Position numbers and translations under genes: made by a program. 64,000 bases of DNA. Source: Tubulanus polymorphus. Its lineage: Eukaryota > Animalia > Nemertea. How positions within the stretch are numbered: the first letter of the stretch is position 1; the number at the start of each line of letters is the position of its first letter. The stretch lies in assembly GCF_964204645.1 (NCBI RefSeq), contig NC_134032.1, positions 13,008,275 to 13,072,274 of the forward strand, read 5' to 3'. Under the pieces are notes generated by a model. It did no database searches and was not told where the DNA came from. It saw only the letters and a list, made by a program, of their open reading frames with translations. Shown one piece after another: positions 39,560 through 54,823 of this stretch.

Positions 39560-42500
39560 ATGGAGGCGCTGGAAATTGTTGGCGATCAACATGTGGGATA
39601 TATGTAAGTTCAGCTGCCTGGACGTTCACGGATTGACTCGTGATTTTAAGGTTTTAAAAGTAGAGATAGACGCGGCCTGATTCGTTCTAAATAAAGTTTA
39701 CCTGGTCCTGGTCTCTCCATTCAGAGACCCCCATCATCGTTATCTTGTCCACGTCCACGATGACGGGCCACAGTTACGTCACACAGGCCAGTTCCAAAAA
39801 AAAGGCCAACACTACTACGCCACTAGAGTATAGTAGGGTCAGGAAATAAGAGGAGAGAAACTAAAAACATGATTCCGAAAATTCTACTTTTTCCTGTTTT
39901 GGGCAATTCAAGTTCTATGTATGACCTTATGTAACGTTGTTAGTGAAAAATGAAAATATTATCCCTACACATGCAAAGAAGTGCAATTTCCGCGGTTTCA
40001 GAAAATGTCAATCAGAGTGTCTATTCGAAAAAAGGGCTCAACTTCACTTCAGTCAAATTAAGAAAGGCTGAATCCTGTGAGACCTACACAGGGCACCACC
40101 AGGTGACCGGGGCATCCCTGACCTTTTACCAAGAATCTTAGTGTCTGATGTACCACACACAGATCGGTTACACAAGGATCGTAGATCACTGTGGAGACAG
40201 CCACACAACAGGACTGGGTGAACCCTGACCTCTGAGTACTGAAGAAGTATTGACCCCTCTGCTCTGGTTTGCTATCCGACAAATGATATTATTTGGTTGT
40301 TTTTGCAGCTTGTGTTGCGAGTGTGGAGTTCAAATTGAACCGAACCCTGCGAACATGTGTGTGGCGTGTTTACGCTCACAGGTCGACATCACTGAAGGAA
40401 TACCGAAACAGATGGCGCTTCATTTCTGCAGGAACTGTGAAAGGTATTGTCAATAAACCCTGTTAATTCAAAATTTAGTCTTTAAATTTTCAAATCATCT
40501 CCATGGCCTAGTTTCACGAAAAAGTTTAAGCCTAAAACGGTTAAGTTTGAATTATTGTCCTCGTTGAAAACATGACGTAACCATTGGCAATTACACCAAA
40601 AATTTGAGTTTATCTTTTTTGTGAAACCGAGCCCTAGTCTTAAATTGTTAGATTGGCTATAGAACTAAGTTGATCTTAGACTGGTCTTAAGTCTAAGCCA
40701 TGACTGCGCAACCAGCCCCGCGGGGACAGTTTCACGAAAAAGTTTAAGCCTAAAACGGTTTAATTTGAATTGTTGTCCTCATTGAAAACATGAAGTAACC
40801 ATTGGCAATTACACCAAAAATTTAGTTTAATTTTTTTGTGAAACTGAGCCCTGCACTCGCGGATATAAATCAGTCGGCACTGTCTGGAAGGGTTAAGCCA
40901 TTATGTTGCATAACTTTTTTCTATCCTGCAGATATCACCAGCCTCCGGCCGCTTGGGTTCCTGCAGCTCTTGAGTCAAGGGAATTGTTGTCAATTTGTCT
41001 GAAAAAGTTGAAAGGTTTGAGTAAAGTGCGACTGATCGACGCCTCGTTCGTGTGGACAGAACCGCATTCGAAACGTATCAAAGTGAAGTTAACCATTCAG
41101 AAAGAGGTAATATCTGATTTCATGTCCACGGCAGAGACGACTTTCGTGAATGATTTTGTTAGTCGGGATGAGGAAAATCTGGAAAACAAACTCATCCTCT
41201 ACCGGCAGGAATTCGAACCTGATAACATCGAGATTGCCACGGTATGAAAACCTGCCACACTAGCCCGTTTTATTTTAATCTGGGTTTTTCCCATTTATAG
41301 TTCTTCCGTGAAATTTGCCTCAGCGATTATACAACGAGCAATCTGATTGGTGCTGCAAGTTTTCGAGGGGTTAACCTGAACACCCGGTTTAGTGTGGCAG
41401 CGGTTCGTGGCATGGCTGAGTCTAGCAATGGTTCGAATCCCTGGCGAGGGAGGGTGGGAAAACTGGGAATTTCGGCAAATTTTTCAAAAAAAAACCTTGA
41501 AATACTCGGGGAATTTGGATAATGCTATTATTGGCCGCATGATTCAATAAGAAATGAATGAATTGTAAGATTTTAAACCACATGAAACGATTCTAATTGA
41601 TTGACAGGTGAATAACGGTGCTATTTTACAACAGACGTTTATCGTCGAGTATATCGTCAGTAATCAGATGTGCGACGACTGTCATCGCGTCGAAGCCAAA
41701 GATTACTGGAAGGCTGTTGTCCAAGTTCGACAAAAGGTAAAATCCAGGCAATTCCCGATTCCTTTTACCCCTGTAGGAATTCCGAGTCTTTTGTTGAAAA
41801 TCCGAGAATTTGAATTTTGGTGTCTTGATCTGCTGGTTACAAGTGCCATGAGAAACCACTTCAACCCTGAGGATATGCCCAAATCCAATCTGGAAATCTT
41901 AGGTCAGGGTGCAGTGAAAATCATGGAAATACTAGGAAAATTTGGATTCCCTGATCTTAAGAACCCTAATCCTAAACAGCCAGAAAAGAAACTGGTGCTG
42001 GCAAAAATTCATGATGAATTTTTGGTGCTGGGCATTGTTCGAAAATCGCCTTGTCTTTTTATTTTTTGCTTTATTTACTTTCTGTAGACGGCGCATAAGA
42101 AGACATTATTTTACTTGGAACAGTTGATATTGAAGCATAAAGCCCACACCAATACAACTAGTATCAAAACACTGACAGGTAACAAAAATGATATCCATTT
42201 AGGCTTAGAAAAATGAAAGAGGGCCTACTATGCCTTCTTTCTCCTAATCAGCCATGTCACTTCTGTAAACTGCGATAAAGTTTGTAAACAGTTCATTTCT
42301 TTAACTGTTGGGTCTGTTATAGTTAGTTCGATCATGATCTTTTTAATCCAACTGCTCACGTAACGCCAACCTTTTTGAGAGAACAAATTAGCAAAAACTC
42401 AAATTCAATAGAAATACCATTCATTATAACGTCACGTTTTTCATTGGTCTCAAGAGTGGCGTTTTAAAGAACTTTTGTACTGTACTCGGTTTCAGATGGA

Positions 42501-45500
42501 ATGGATTTCTTCTACGCGAATAAACAAGACGCTCGAAAGTTCACGGATTTTCTGCTGGCCGTCGTACCGTGTCGATACCAGACGTCACAACAGTTAATAT
42601 CGCACGATCAAAGGAGTAATTTGTACAACTACAAATATACTTACTCGGTCGAAATAGTTCCCGTGTGTAAGGCAAGTCATAAAACACAAATACTGATCCG
42701 CTAGATTATACAACTTGATTTTCGATTCCTTGAAAAACTTTTTTAAGTTTGTGAACTTTTAGGGATCATTCATTTATTACTTACGCATAAAATTTGAATT
42801 TTTCAACCCCCCCTCCCGTTCTGTACGCAAAATCAGCCATTTTTTCATATACATTAAGCATTACAGTACGCAATTGCACTTACTCCTCCACCCTCCCCTA
42901 ATGCGTACGTAATAAATGAATAACCCCTTACTGGACTGTTAAGTTGGTGAACTGTTACTGAACCTCAAACTGAGCTGACTACGACCACTTTTTCAGATAA
43001 TTCTTATTCTTTCAAGGAGCCCAAGTACGCAAACATATCAAACTACTTTCAAAATCGGAATAATTTCATTTTGAATTAAACTACATACGATTTTTTATGG
43101 CAAATAACTCTCAATTTTGGTGAAAACTACTAAAATCAGATATTCTGATTGTCTGGTCTGGACTGGTTCTCGAAATGCTTTGAGATAAACGCGTTCATGT
43201 TTCTGGTTTTTGTTTTTGCGGTTTTAGGATGAAATCGTGTGTCTTCCGGCGAAACTAGCTCAGCAACTCGGTAATCTAGGTCGAATAGCCGTCTGTAACC
43301 GAGTGACGCAAACAATTCATCTAATCGACCCGAATACCTGTCAGAGTAAGTATCGACGCTGCTTTATGTTATTTAACCCTTCCAGTGCGGTGTAGAAATC
43401 GGTGATGGATTTGCTCATACATCGCACAACGGTGTATCCATGTAAATATTAGTAACTAAAATCTTACGCTGCACCTGGGTGTAGACACCAAATAGCATGC
43501 AACAACGCACTGGGGTTGAATTTTCCAAAATTGCCAAATAGTCTAGCGCTCTATAAGGATGTCTCTACTTAAACTGCTCCTGTCACTTAGAAAGTGTTTA
43601 TTTTGCTGCTCACCCATTCAGACATTCACCATCAGAAGTCTGAATGTACGGATATTGTATCATCTGAAATAAAACGTTTTTGTTTTCCTTTTCACTTCAG
43701 TTGCCGAGGTGAATAGTAACGTGTTTTGGCGTTCGCCTTTCACGGTGATTTGCGGTCCGAAACAACTAGTCGAATACCTGGTCATGCAAGTCGATATCAT
43801 CGGTGATAAACACCTCGCTAGCGGACACGGTCGCGAATCTGTCAAGGTAACGAAAATACTGTATTCGAACTGTGGCCACTGACCTGGAAAACTCAGAAAG
43901 TGGCTACCTTGTAATATTTTCCATTCTCTTCTGTGGTAAACGGGAAGTTTGGCCACGCTTTTTGAATGCCTTTTATTAAAAAATCTTTTCCTTATAGCAT
44001 GTATTGGCTGACGTGTATGTTGTGAAGGCCAGTGAAGTCGGGGTTGAAGAGCCTAAACATTGCCGTACTCATCTTGGACATTTACTGCTAGCCGGTGATT
44101 CCGTTCTGGGGTATGTTGTTTTTTCGGGGGTTTTACAACCCCCTAAACCCGCTGAGCAGCACTTGTTGCATTAGCGGGTTTGTGAAATTTGTTATCACTC
44201 AACCCACTGAGCGCCACTCAAGACCTTATTGGCAGGCTCACAGTTTCTTTTTCCCGATTTAGGGGCTAAGAAACTTAGCCAACACAAGGATTCGGGATCC
44301 GTGAACTTTGGATCAATGATATCAATGACTGATTGCTGAAACCGCTGTTTAAATTCTTCATTAGTCGTCTCTCTTCCCTTGAAAAAAGAAACATTGAATA
44401 TCATTGATACCCTGTGTGGTGGTTAGCCTGTTGAGGGTAAAACATAGAAAATAAAACTAAGATAGTCTTAGACTGGTCCTAAAAACATCTAAGTCATAAC
44501 TGAGTAATTCATCCTTTTGTGCCGAAACGATCATTTCAGGTTTGATTTGTCGAATGCTAACGTCAACGACGCGAACTTGGACAAAATGAAACAGGAGCAA
44601 ATTCCCGACGTGGTCCTCATCAAGAAAGTCTACGGCGACAACACGCGTCGTATGCGTCGACGTCGCTGGAAACTGAAACATTTAAATCGCGACATCGACG
44701 ACGGAAGCAGCATTCAACGGTACGCAACATCTCATCGATTCTTATCCCCATTATCAATCTGCAGCCTGGAACAAGCGGCCTATTTAGCTCAGTGAGATAA
44801 GGCGTATGCTGTTGCATCCACTATCAGTGCTGAGTGGCGAGTGGGTTCGAGTCCTGCTGGCTGCTTACAGTGTGCGGGCAACACTTAAAGGCCGTCCCAT
44901 CATGAGGTTAAATGAAAAATCCAATAGGGTTAGTCTTGGGAAACCAAGATCTGAACAACGTAAAGCAAACAGACAAACAAACTTGCTTTCTTGTGACAGG
45001 GGATCCGCCCGTGGATGTTTGTAGTAAATTTATCAGTTCATTATCAATAGAAAATGTCTTGGGTGAATTGCTCTGTGAAAGTCTAGACTGGTCACGATTA
45101 TTGCATAAAGCATCGAACGTCTGGTTGAGTGTCCAAGCTGCAGATTGATATCAGTTATGATGGGTCATAAAACCTTGAACAGCGAACTTAAGATGAATTA
45201 AAAATTGTTGTCACATTTATTTATTCTATGCACAGGGATTACAACGATTTCTTGAACGACCTGGAAGAGGACGTGGACTACAGACAAAACGTTGATATCT
45301 ATTTGGGTAAGCATTTCGTCTATTTGCGATGTAGTGGCGATGCATTGGGTTATTCCGGTGAAATATACAAAAATTTCCTTTTTGAAGCCGAATATTATCA
45401 AACCGCTAATGAGAAAAGTTGATTCGAATTTAATAGAATTAATATAGTAGAATTGAGGCGCTGTTACTGAGTATCTACTTGCTTGCCAAAGTAGCGGTGC

Positions 45501-45799
45501 CAGTAACCCCATTCTTAACCTGATAAGTCACCTCTTAAACCGGACTGATTTATTTCATTAGTCACGAATAGTGCGAATAAAGCGGTGATCAATGTATGAT
45601 TGAAATAACATCCTTTTTCGTCATTCTTGATAAATATCATTTCAATTTTGTCGTTTCAGATCGCGAAAAAGTTGCAGTTGAAACGGACGATTCGGAATAC
45701 GGCGATGAAGCCCCGAAAATCAGTTTACAAGAGATGTTAGACGACCTTCACATTAGCAATGATGCCACCGGGGGCGAAGGTGACGATATGATCGAGTGA
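39560..45799 (+). CDS. NMD3: 60S ribosomal export adaptor NMD3, 12 coding exons, 505 aa
   Basis: Exons: 39560-39603, 40309-40443, 40932-41106, 41608-41736, 42088-42178, 42496-42671, 43228-43345, 43701-43846, 43998-44110, 44540-44719, 45236-45306, 45660-45799. They sum to 1518 nt in frame. Peptides: CCECGVQIEPNPANMCVACLRSQVDITEGIPK, LIDASFVWTEPHSKRIKVK, C-terminal NES-like ISLQEMLDDLHI. Intron 6 uses a GC donor. Confidence 0.95.
40506..40851. mobile_element. Cluster of two family C MITE copies (GGCCTAGTTTCACGAAAAAG...) around a partial family A copy
   Basis: Near-identical ~128-bp units at 40506-40634 and 40722-40851, each with TIRs agtttcacgaaaaa / ttttttgtgaaac. Confidence 0.65.
41193..41456. 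mobile_element. Same tRNA-TIR MITE, copy 2 (opposite orientation; NMD3 intron 3)
   Basis: Same TIRs. The internal aaatttgcctcagcgattatacaacgagcaatctgattggtgc is the reverse complement of the copy 1 core. Confidence 0.7.
42761..42927. mobile_element. Tourist-like MITE with TTA TSD (second copy ~48014-48150)
   Basis: tta|gggatcattcatttattacttacgca ... tgcgtacgtaataaatgaataacccc|tta. Confidence 0.7.
44777..44982 (+). mobile_element. tRNA-derived SINE in NMD3 intron 10
   Basis: A-box TAGCTCAGTGAG, B-box GGTTCGAGTCC, a non-tRNA body, and a (CAAA)n-type tail. Confidence 0.7.
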
Positions 45800-46333
45800 A
45801 CAGGGAAAAACTCGCGATTCACGTGTGAACTGTGATGATTGATGTGTTGAAATAAATTATCATATATAGATCTAATTTCCTTGGGGTTTTTTCTTTGTTA
45901 AATGTTTGCATCATTCTCAAGCATATGACCACGGAATACTGAATGCAGTAAACGATTTCCTAATTCGGCTATGGCCAGTTCAGACTTTAGATTGGCTTGG
46001 GCGAAATCATTTTCCGACGTCCTTACGCGTTTTGACCCTCACTCATCTCTGATCAATTTTGCCGGTCCGAGTTTAGTTTAGTTTTACTCGATCCTGAACC
46101 CGTCTACACCAGGACGTGCTGCCATCTACTGTTAAAAAAATCTATATAAAATTGTTGCTACAACATATCGAGTTTCAATAAATTCATCATATCTACGCAC
46201 GAATTACTCCAATTTTGTTCATATTCTTGCTTTTTGTTAATTAAAAACAAATTTTGACTTATGATAGATTTGTCTATCTGTCAATAGAATTATTCGAAAT
46301 ATTTGAATGGTGTAAATCGATGCAACACTCGGG

Positions 46334-46346
46334 GTAGCCTAGAAAC
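46334..46346. promoter_or_regulatory. X-box-like motif GTAGCCTAGAAAC upstream of STYXL1
   Basis: RFX-like motif ~70 bp upstream of the ATG. A second half-site, GTTGCTACAAC, lies near 46154. Confidence 0.35.
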
Positions 46347-46413
46347 TCGTGTAAACATTCGTGAGAAAATTCTGAAAAAGAGCGCATAGTTTTTTTAACA
46401 CGGAACCGAAGTG

Positions 46414-47304
46414 ATGGAAGGGTTGGAGCTCATAGAACCGACTGAACTTTACAACATTCTCAATCAATCGACCGAATATCCGTGCGTTAGTGATCAAAAC
46501 TATCTACTGCTATTGGACGCTCGGTCGAAGTGCGAATTCAACGAAAGCCACGTTATCACTTCGAAAAAGTCGCCCGAAGACGACGAAGGGAATTTTATCG
46601 TGCCGTACAATGCTGAACTGGAATGTAAAGAGCATGTCATTGTGTACGACGGCAACACGCAGTCGGTTGAAGAGCCAAGTCGAGCCGTTCGAAGCGCCTC
46701 GATCATGTTCAACAACGGCAGCAAGAACAACGTGAAAATACTCCGCGGCGGTTACGAAGAATTTTCGGCGCTGTATCCGTTCTTGCGCACGCAGGAGACC
46801 ATCTACATGCCGCAGGAACTGGAAGATTTCAAAACCTACCCGATAGAAATTATACCCGGTTTGCTTTATCTGGGCAACAAGCGCCAAGGCAGCGCTCCTT
46901 ACATTTTCAAAGACGTTAAAATTAAGTGCGCCATCAACTGTACGATGAACGAAGCCGAAGACGTTGCTCCAGAGAATCCGGACGTTATAGACGTTCCGGT
47001 GACTGATTGCGCGGAGGCTGATATTTCGAAATACTTCGAAAAAGCTTGCCGCGTAATAGACAATTACAAGAACAGGGACCAAGTGGTTTTGGTGTATTCG
47101 GATTTAGGAATAAGTCGTAGCGTGGCTATCATTTTGGCGTATTTGATTCATACTTATAATTATCCGTTGGATGCGGCTTATAAGCACGTCCAGCAGTGCG
47201 GAATGACCGTGCGTCCGAATCGAGGATTTATTCAACAATTGTCTAAATGGGAAGAAACTAAATTCGGGGAATGCGTAACGGATATCAGTGATCCAAGATT
47301 GTAA
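46414..47304 (+). CDS. STYXL1: Serine/threonine/tyrosine-interacting-like protein 1 (MK-STYX pseudophosphatase; rhodanese + DSP domain), intronless CDS
   Basis: The N-terminus EPTELYNILNQ..NYLLLLDARS..ESHVIT is characteristic of STYXL1. The catalytic loop is VYSDLGISRS (Ser for Cys in HCX5R), followed by RPNRGFIQQL. ATG at 46414. Confidence 0.92.
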   Translation: MEGLELIEPTELYNILNQSTEYPCVSDQNYLLLLDARSKCEFNESHVITSKKSPEDDEGNFIVPYNAELECKEHVIVYDGNTQSVEEPSRAVRSASIMFNNGSKNNVKILRGGYEEFSALYPFLRTQETIYMPQELEDFKTYPIEIIPGLLYLGNKRQGSAPYIFKDVKIKCAINCTMNEAEDVAPENPDVIDVPVTDCAEADISKYFEKACRVIDNYKNRDQVVLVYSDLGISRSVAIILAYLIHTYNYPLDAAYKHVQQCGMTVRPNRGFIQQLSKWEETKFGECVTDISDPRL

Positions 47305-48507
47305 GATGTATCTGAGCTAGTAATTCACTCCTCTCCTGCCAAAATAAACTTATAGATTAAGATAATTAGTTGATTCTGCAGAGCCGTCGGAACAGGGGTG
47401 GCAAAAGCCGCCCCACTTTTTTGCTTAACCAAAAATTTGTTTGTGCTTTTTCAAAAGCTCGATGTAGTGCGTAGCAGCTCGTCGTTCTGTGTACTAGGTG
47501 GTTGCTCACGACTTATTGAATTTTCAAAATTTTTCTGGGGGAGGGCCCCCACACCCGGAAAAAAGCCGGAAATTCGGAAAAAAGCCTCGCCACTGAAAAA
47601 TCCCTTCCGCAACGGCTCTGCTCTGAGCGAGCGATCTATCGCATAAAAAGCTACGTTTTTATTTCAAGTTGATAAAGGCTCCAATTACAGGAACAATCAT
47701 CCAGTTTCCACATTTCAGTTACTGTACTCTCTTTTTTTTTCACTAGAATTCTAAGAAGACAAATTCTAAATCGTGTGCCACCAGTATCGGTGTCGCGGTG
47801 ACTATCTATCATCATGTGATGAGTTTCTGTCTTCTGTTTAAGTTTTATGGGAGACAAGTTGATAATTCTTTATGGGCAAATACGGATTTTGATTGCTGAG
47901 CCATCAATGATCTGTGAGGCATAGATAATATGTAAATTCCGGTTGTCTCGAAATAAAAGGACCGCCTCAGAACGTCTACTGCGTATGGGGCATAGTTTTT
48001 TAACTGATTCTATAGGATCATTCTTTAAGTGCGTACGCATAAAATTAGAAGTTTTCAACGCAAAATCCGCCATAAAGCAACAGACAAATATACGCAATTG
48101 CACTGGGCTCGGCCCTCCCCAATGCGTACACATAATAAATGAATGACCCCTTATTGTTTGTTGTTCATAAATTATGATGTCAAAAATATTGTTACGTATA
48201 AGTTATGAGATTGTAATCTGTTTACTGGTGGTTGAATAAAAAAATTAATTTTTCATGAAATTTTTCGATGAATGAATTTTAAATCTAGTACATATATACA
48301 ATTGTTTCAATTTTGATTTACGTGAGTTTAAATTTAAGCTCAAAAATGACGGTGTCAATCGTTTCAATTTTGTCATAAAATAAAAGTACCCGTATGTCTA
48401 ATAATAGTTGGTATTCTCGGTAAAGTGCGCTCACGATGAGTAACCGATGACTCATGTAAACAATTCCCGCCCTTGTAAGCTCGGAAATGTCCGTGAAGCG
48501 ATATCGA

Positions 48508-48580
48508 CCAATGGGAATCGGGAACTCGTCGCTCGGTGAATTCCGGCAGGCTGAAGGCGCAGCGCTACGTGCTCTATAAA
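48508..48580 (+). promoter_or_regulatory. Alpha-tubulin core promoter (CCAAT and TATA)
   Basis: CCAAT at ~48508 and TATAAA at 48575-48580, ~155 bp upstream of the ATG. CRE palindromes TGACGTCA occur at 48854 and 48906 in intron 1. Confidence 0.55.
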
Positions 48581-48731
48581 TATCGACGCAGTCTATGACG
48601 TGTCTGTTACTTCACACGCAGACTCATCGTACGTCGCAGTTGTGAATTAAAAGACTACAAAAAGCAGCTTAAATCACGTTTTTCGAAGAGTTTTTTTCAT
48701 CGGACTTATCAACGACTAGATCATATCAATC

Positions 48732-51661
<2,930 letters not shown>

Positions 51662-51729
51662 ACGATGTAGAACGGCCTCTCGACAATCGTCTTAAGAATG
51701 TATAACAAATTCAAATTCTCTGTCTTTCG

Positions 51730-51841
<112 letters not shown>

Positions 51842-54823
51842 GTCGCTTTTTGTCCGTGCATTTAAACTTTAATAATAGAACATTAAAAAATGACTAACTA
51901 CGTCATCGATCAAGCACATCTCAATGTTTTCACTTTCTATACGAATTTATCCATTTATCCACGTAACTAACGACATCATTTAAAGTAGAGCTGCTCAACG
52001 CGACCGCGGGTTTTCGTTGAACCCGGGTACAACGCGCTAGTGTAGACGCGGTTTTTACAAGGTTAACCTTTAGGAAACCGACATCCGAACGACGTAACCT
52101 CGCCAACCCGGAAACTTGGGACCAGCAGTAAAATCGGTCCTATAAGTCTGAGCTAAGTATAGAAAAGTTACGTTCGGAAGTCAGAAAAATGAAAAATAAT
52201 TTTTGCCCGAGTCAGTTGAAAGTCAGAGAGGTCTACTGTACATCGATAAGAAAAGAGACAACCGAATGTAAGTTCCGTTCTGGGCGCCACCTACATGTAT
52301 CAAGTGAATCAACTTAAGTTCGATCCGGCATCAACGGTAACTATTCAGGTAGAATTTAGGCGTGGTCTATTATAAACCGTACACGGTGATCTATGCGATA
52401 TGCGTTATTAAACTCTAGGGGTCAATCACAATAGAATGACAATCATAATAACATTTTTATATTCATACTTTTAACGTTGTTTTATTTAACGAATTACAAT
52501 AAATAATTTTCTTTTATTCATATATACACCGATTAATGTAAAATGCCGTATTCCAATCAAAGCTGCGATGATGACATTGAACCATTTTATGTTCTTAAAA
52601 CCGCTCCGTCGGACCTCTTGTCGCGAGAACCTGTATAGCAACGAAGCAGCTTTCGGCGAAAGAAATTGACCTCAATTTTTGATTGACCCCGCTGCGTTCA
52701 GCTCATCCCGGACACGATGAACTAACTAAAGGACTATAACAAGGGCGGATCTAGGTTTCTTTGAAGGGATGGACTTGAAAATTGGAACAGGCATTTGAAA
52801 AGGGCAGATTTGGGCTGCACTAGATACGTTGCTGGGGTTCTGGTGACCCTCCAACGAAAAAATTAGGACAAAAGGGGCTTTTTGGCTTTATAAAATTCGT
52901 TTTGAAAAACAATGTTTCCAGTCTGGTTGGAGGGCACATTTGAATTTTGCAGATGGGGTAGACCAGTCCACGACACACAGTCCACACCTCTTGTTAAGGA
53001 CTCATTACTCATTTTATCACCGCACATAGAATCAAGTGATTTTCACAGGCTAGTATTTTTCAATCTTTCGTATAGTTGGAGACTAAAAATAGATTCAGTG
53101 TAACCGCAGTGTGTCAACAAATGTTTACATTTCATCATGAACAACGCACAACGCATTTATGAATGAATATGCGGGGAAAACGATACCGGTGCCCGTGTGG
53201 ATGCGGTTGTAATCCCCTCAGGAATCAGAGCGATAACTGATGAATTTTTGTCGTTGTTGTTGTAAAAGCTGATAGTGCATTGATACGATACATGTATAAT
53301 ATCCCTTTACCGTCAGAAACACGATTAAAATAGATTTGTAACGTTACGTTACTGGATTTCAGCTTTATTAAAGCTTCTCCAACCTCTGGCCTGGAACCTG
53401 CAGCCCGTCAGACTTACTCGCCAACAAGGCTTCACATCTAAATAAAAATAAATGTGGAGCCTTGGCGATGTGGATACTGAGGAGACCAATCATCCTGACA
53501 TTGAAAATGGACTAGGAAATTGTCCAGAAACGCCAGATTTTAGCATTTCATCAACCATGCACCCAAAACGAAAAAAAAATTTGGTTTTGAGTCCATGCAT
53601 CAACTGTGATCGCTTATATTTCACACTGATAAGAAATGTCTGAAAAGTGGTTCCAGGCTGCAGATTGTTACCTGCATTCAGGACAAATCGTTCAAGAAAA
53701 CTTCATTTCATATATTTAAACCTGTCACGTGAATGTACGTTCCTGACACGTGTAGTTACATAATTTGACACCTCATTATATATGATACATATCAAATTGT
53801 CTATTTTGCTATAGGATTGATTTATAGATAATAAAAGTTTAGAAAAGAAGTAAAATGCATCAAGATAACTTGAGAAATCGTGTATATGAGCGTCGTAAGA
53901 TAAAATATATATAAATATTCGTTGAAATCTACATTTACAGTTTATAGGAAAATGATAAAAATATATAATGACCCAAGATGTTTTACAATACATTAGATTA
54001 TCTTCATACCATTGCACAGTCGCTATCGTTTTTCAGTTTGGACCCACTCCATCGTAATAGCATGCTCTTACAATAGATAAAATGTACCCAGGAGTTGATT
54101 GCCTCGGAAAACCGCCGGTCTGAGAGAATATAATTTTAAATTGGCCTACTCCTATTCACCGTGGTCATGACTAAACACTGTTTCGACTGCCCCATCATAC
54201 CTGACGGGGATAATCTATTAGTCCCGCTAGATCCAAGGCAAGTGGAGTTCACAATATCGTATCGTTGATTAGCATCGCCATCTTTAATTTGATCGTCCAG
54301 GCTTGATGTGTTCGGGACAACGCCCGAGACATGAACTTCCACATGACATTAGTCAATCAGCACATTTTGAATCTAAATGGTGAAAGTCTGGAGGGGTGGT
54401 TTTAGAGCGAAGGTACTGCAGCCCTCTTATATATCTCAATCTATAGCCGCGCAATCTGAAAGATCGGAAATAGCGCCAGATACTGTTGATTAAGTTCCCA
54501 GGATGTGCAAAAAAATCAAGTATAGCGATCTGTCTTGATGCTATTCGCCATTCTGATTTCTTCTATTGTCATTTACCAATTTGAAGAAGATGGTGACTTG
54601 CCGGTCATCCAGTTTTCCCAAACCAGCACATAAAGCCTTCCATAGAAGCTGACTGTTCTTTAGATCCAAAAAGTAAGATAATCAATAATTCCATCACAGA
54701 AAACATGGCCGCGAGACGATTTAATTCGTTATTGTAGAAGCGGCCATCTTTTATGGAAGGCTCTTTTTAAACGATACTTATATGTAACAGCATTTCCAAA
54801 TACATAATACATTATAAAATTGT

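Noticed and set aside
41737-42087. C-terminal extension of the 159-aa ORF
   Set aside because: Read-through into NMD3 intron 4 beyond the AAG|GTAAAA donor.
44777-44865. Functional tRNA gene
   Set aside because: A and B boxes are present, but there is no convincing cloverleaf or acceptor stem, and it continues into a SINE body with a (CAAA)n tail.
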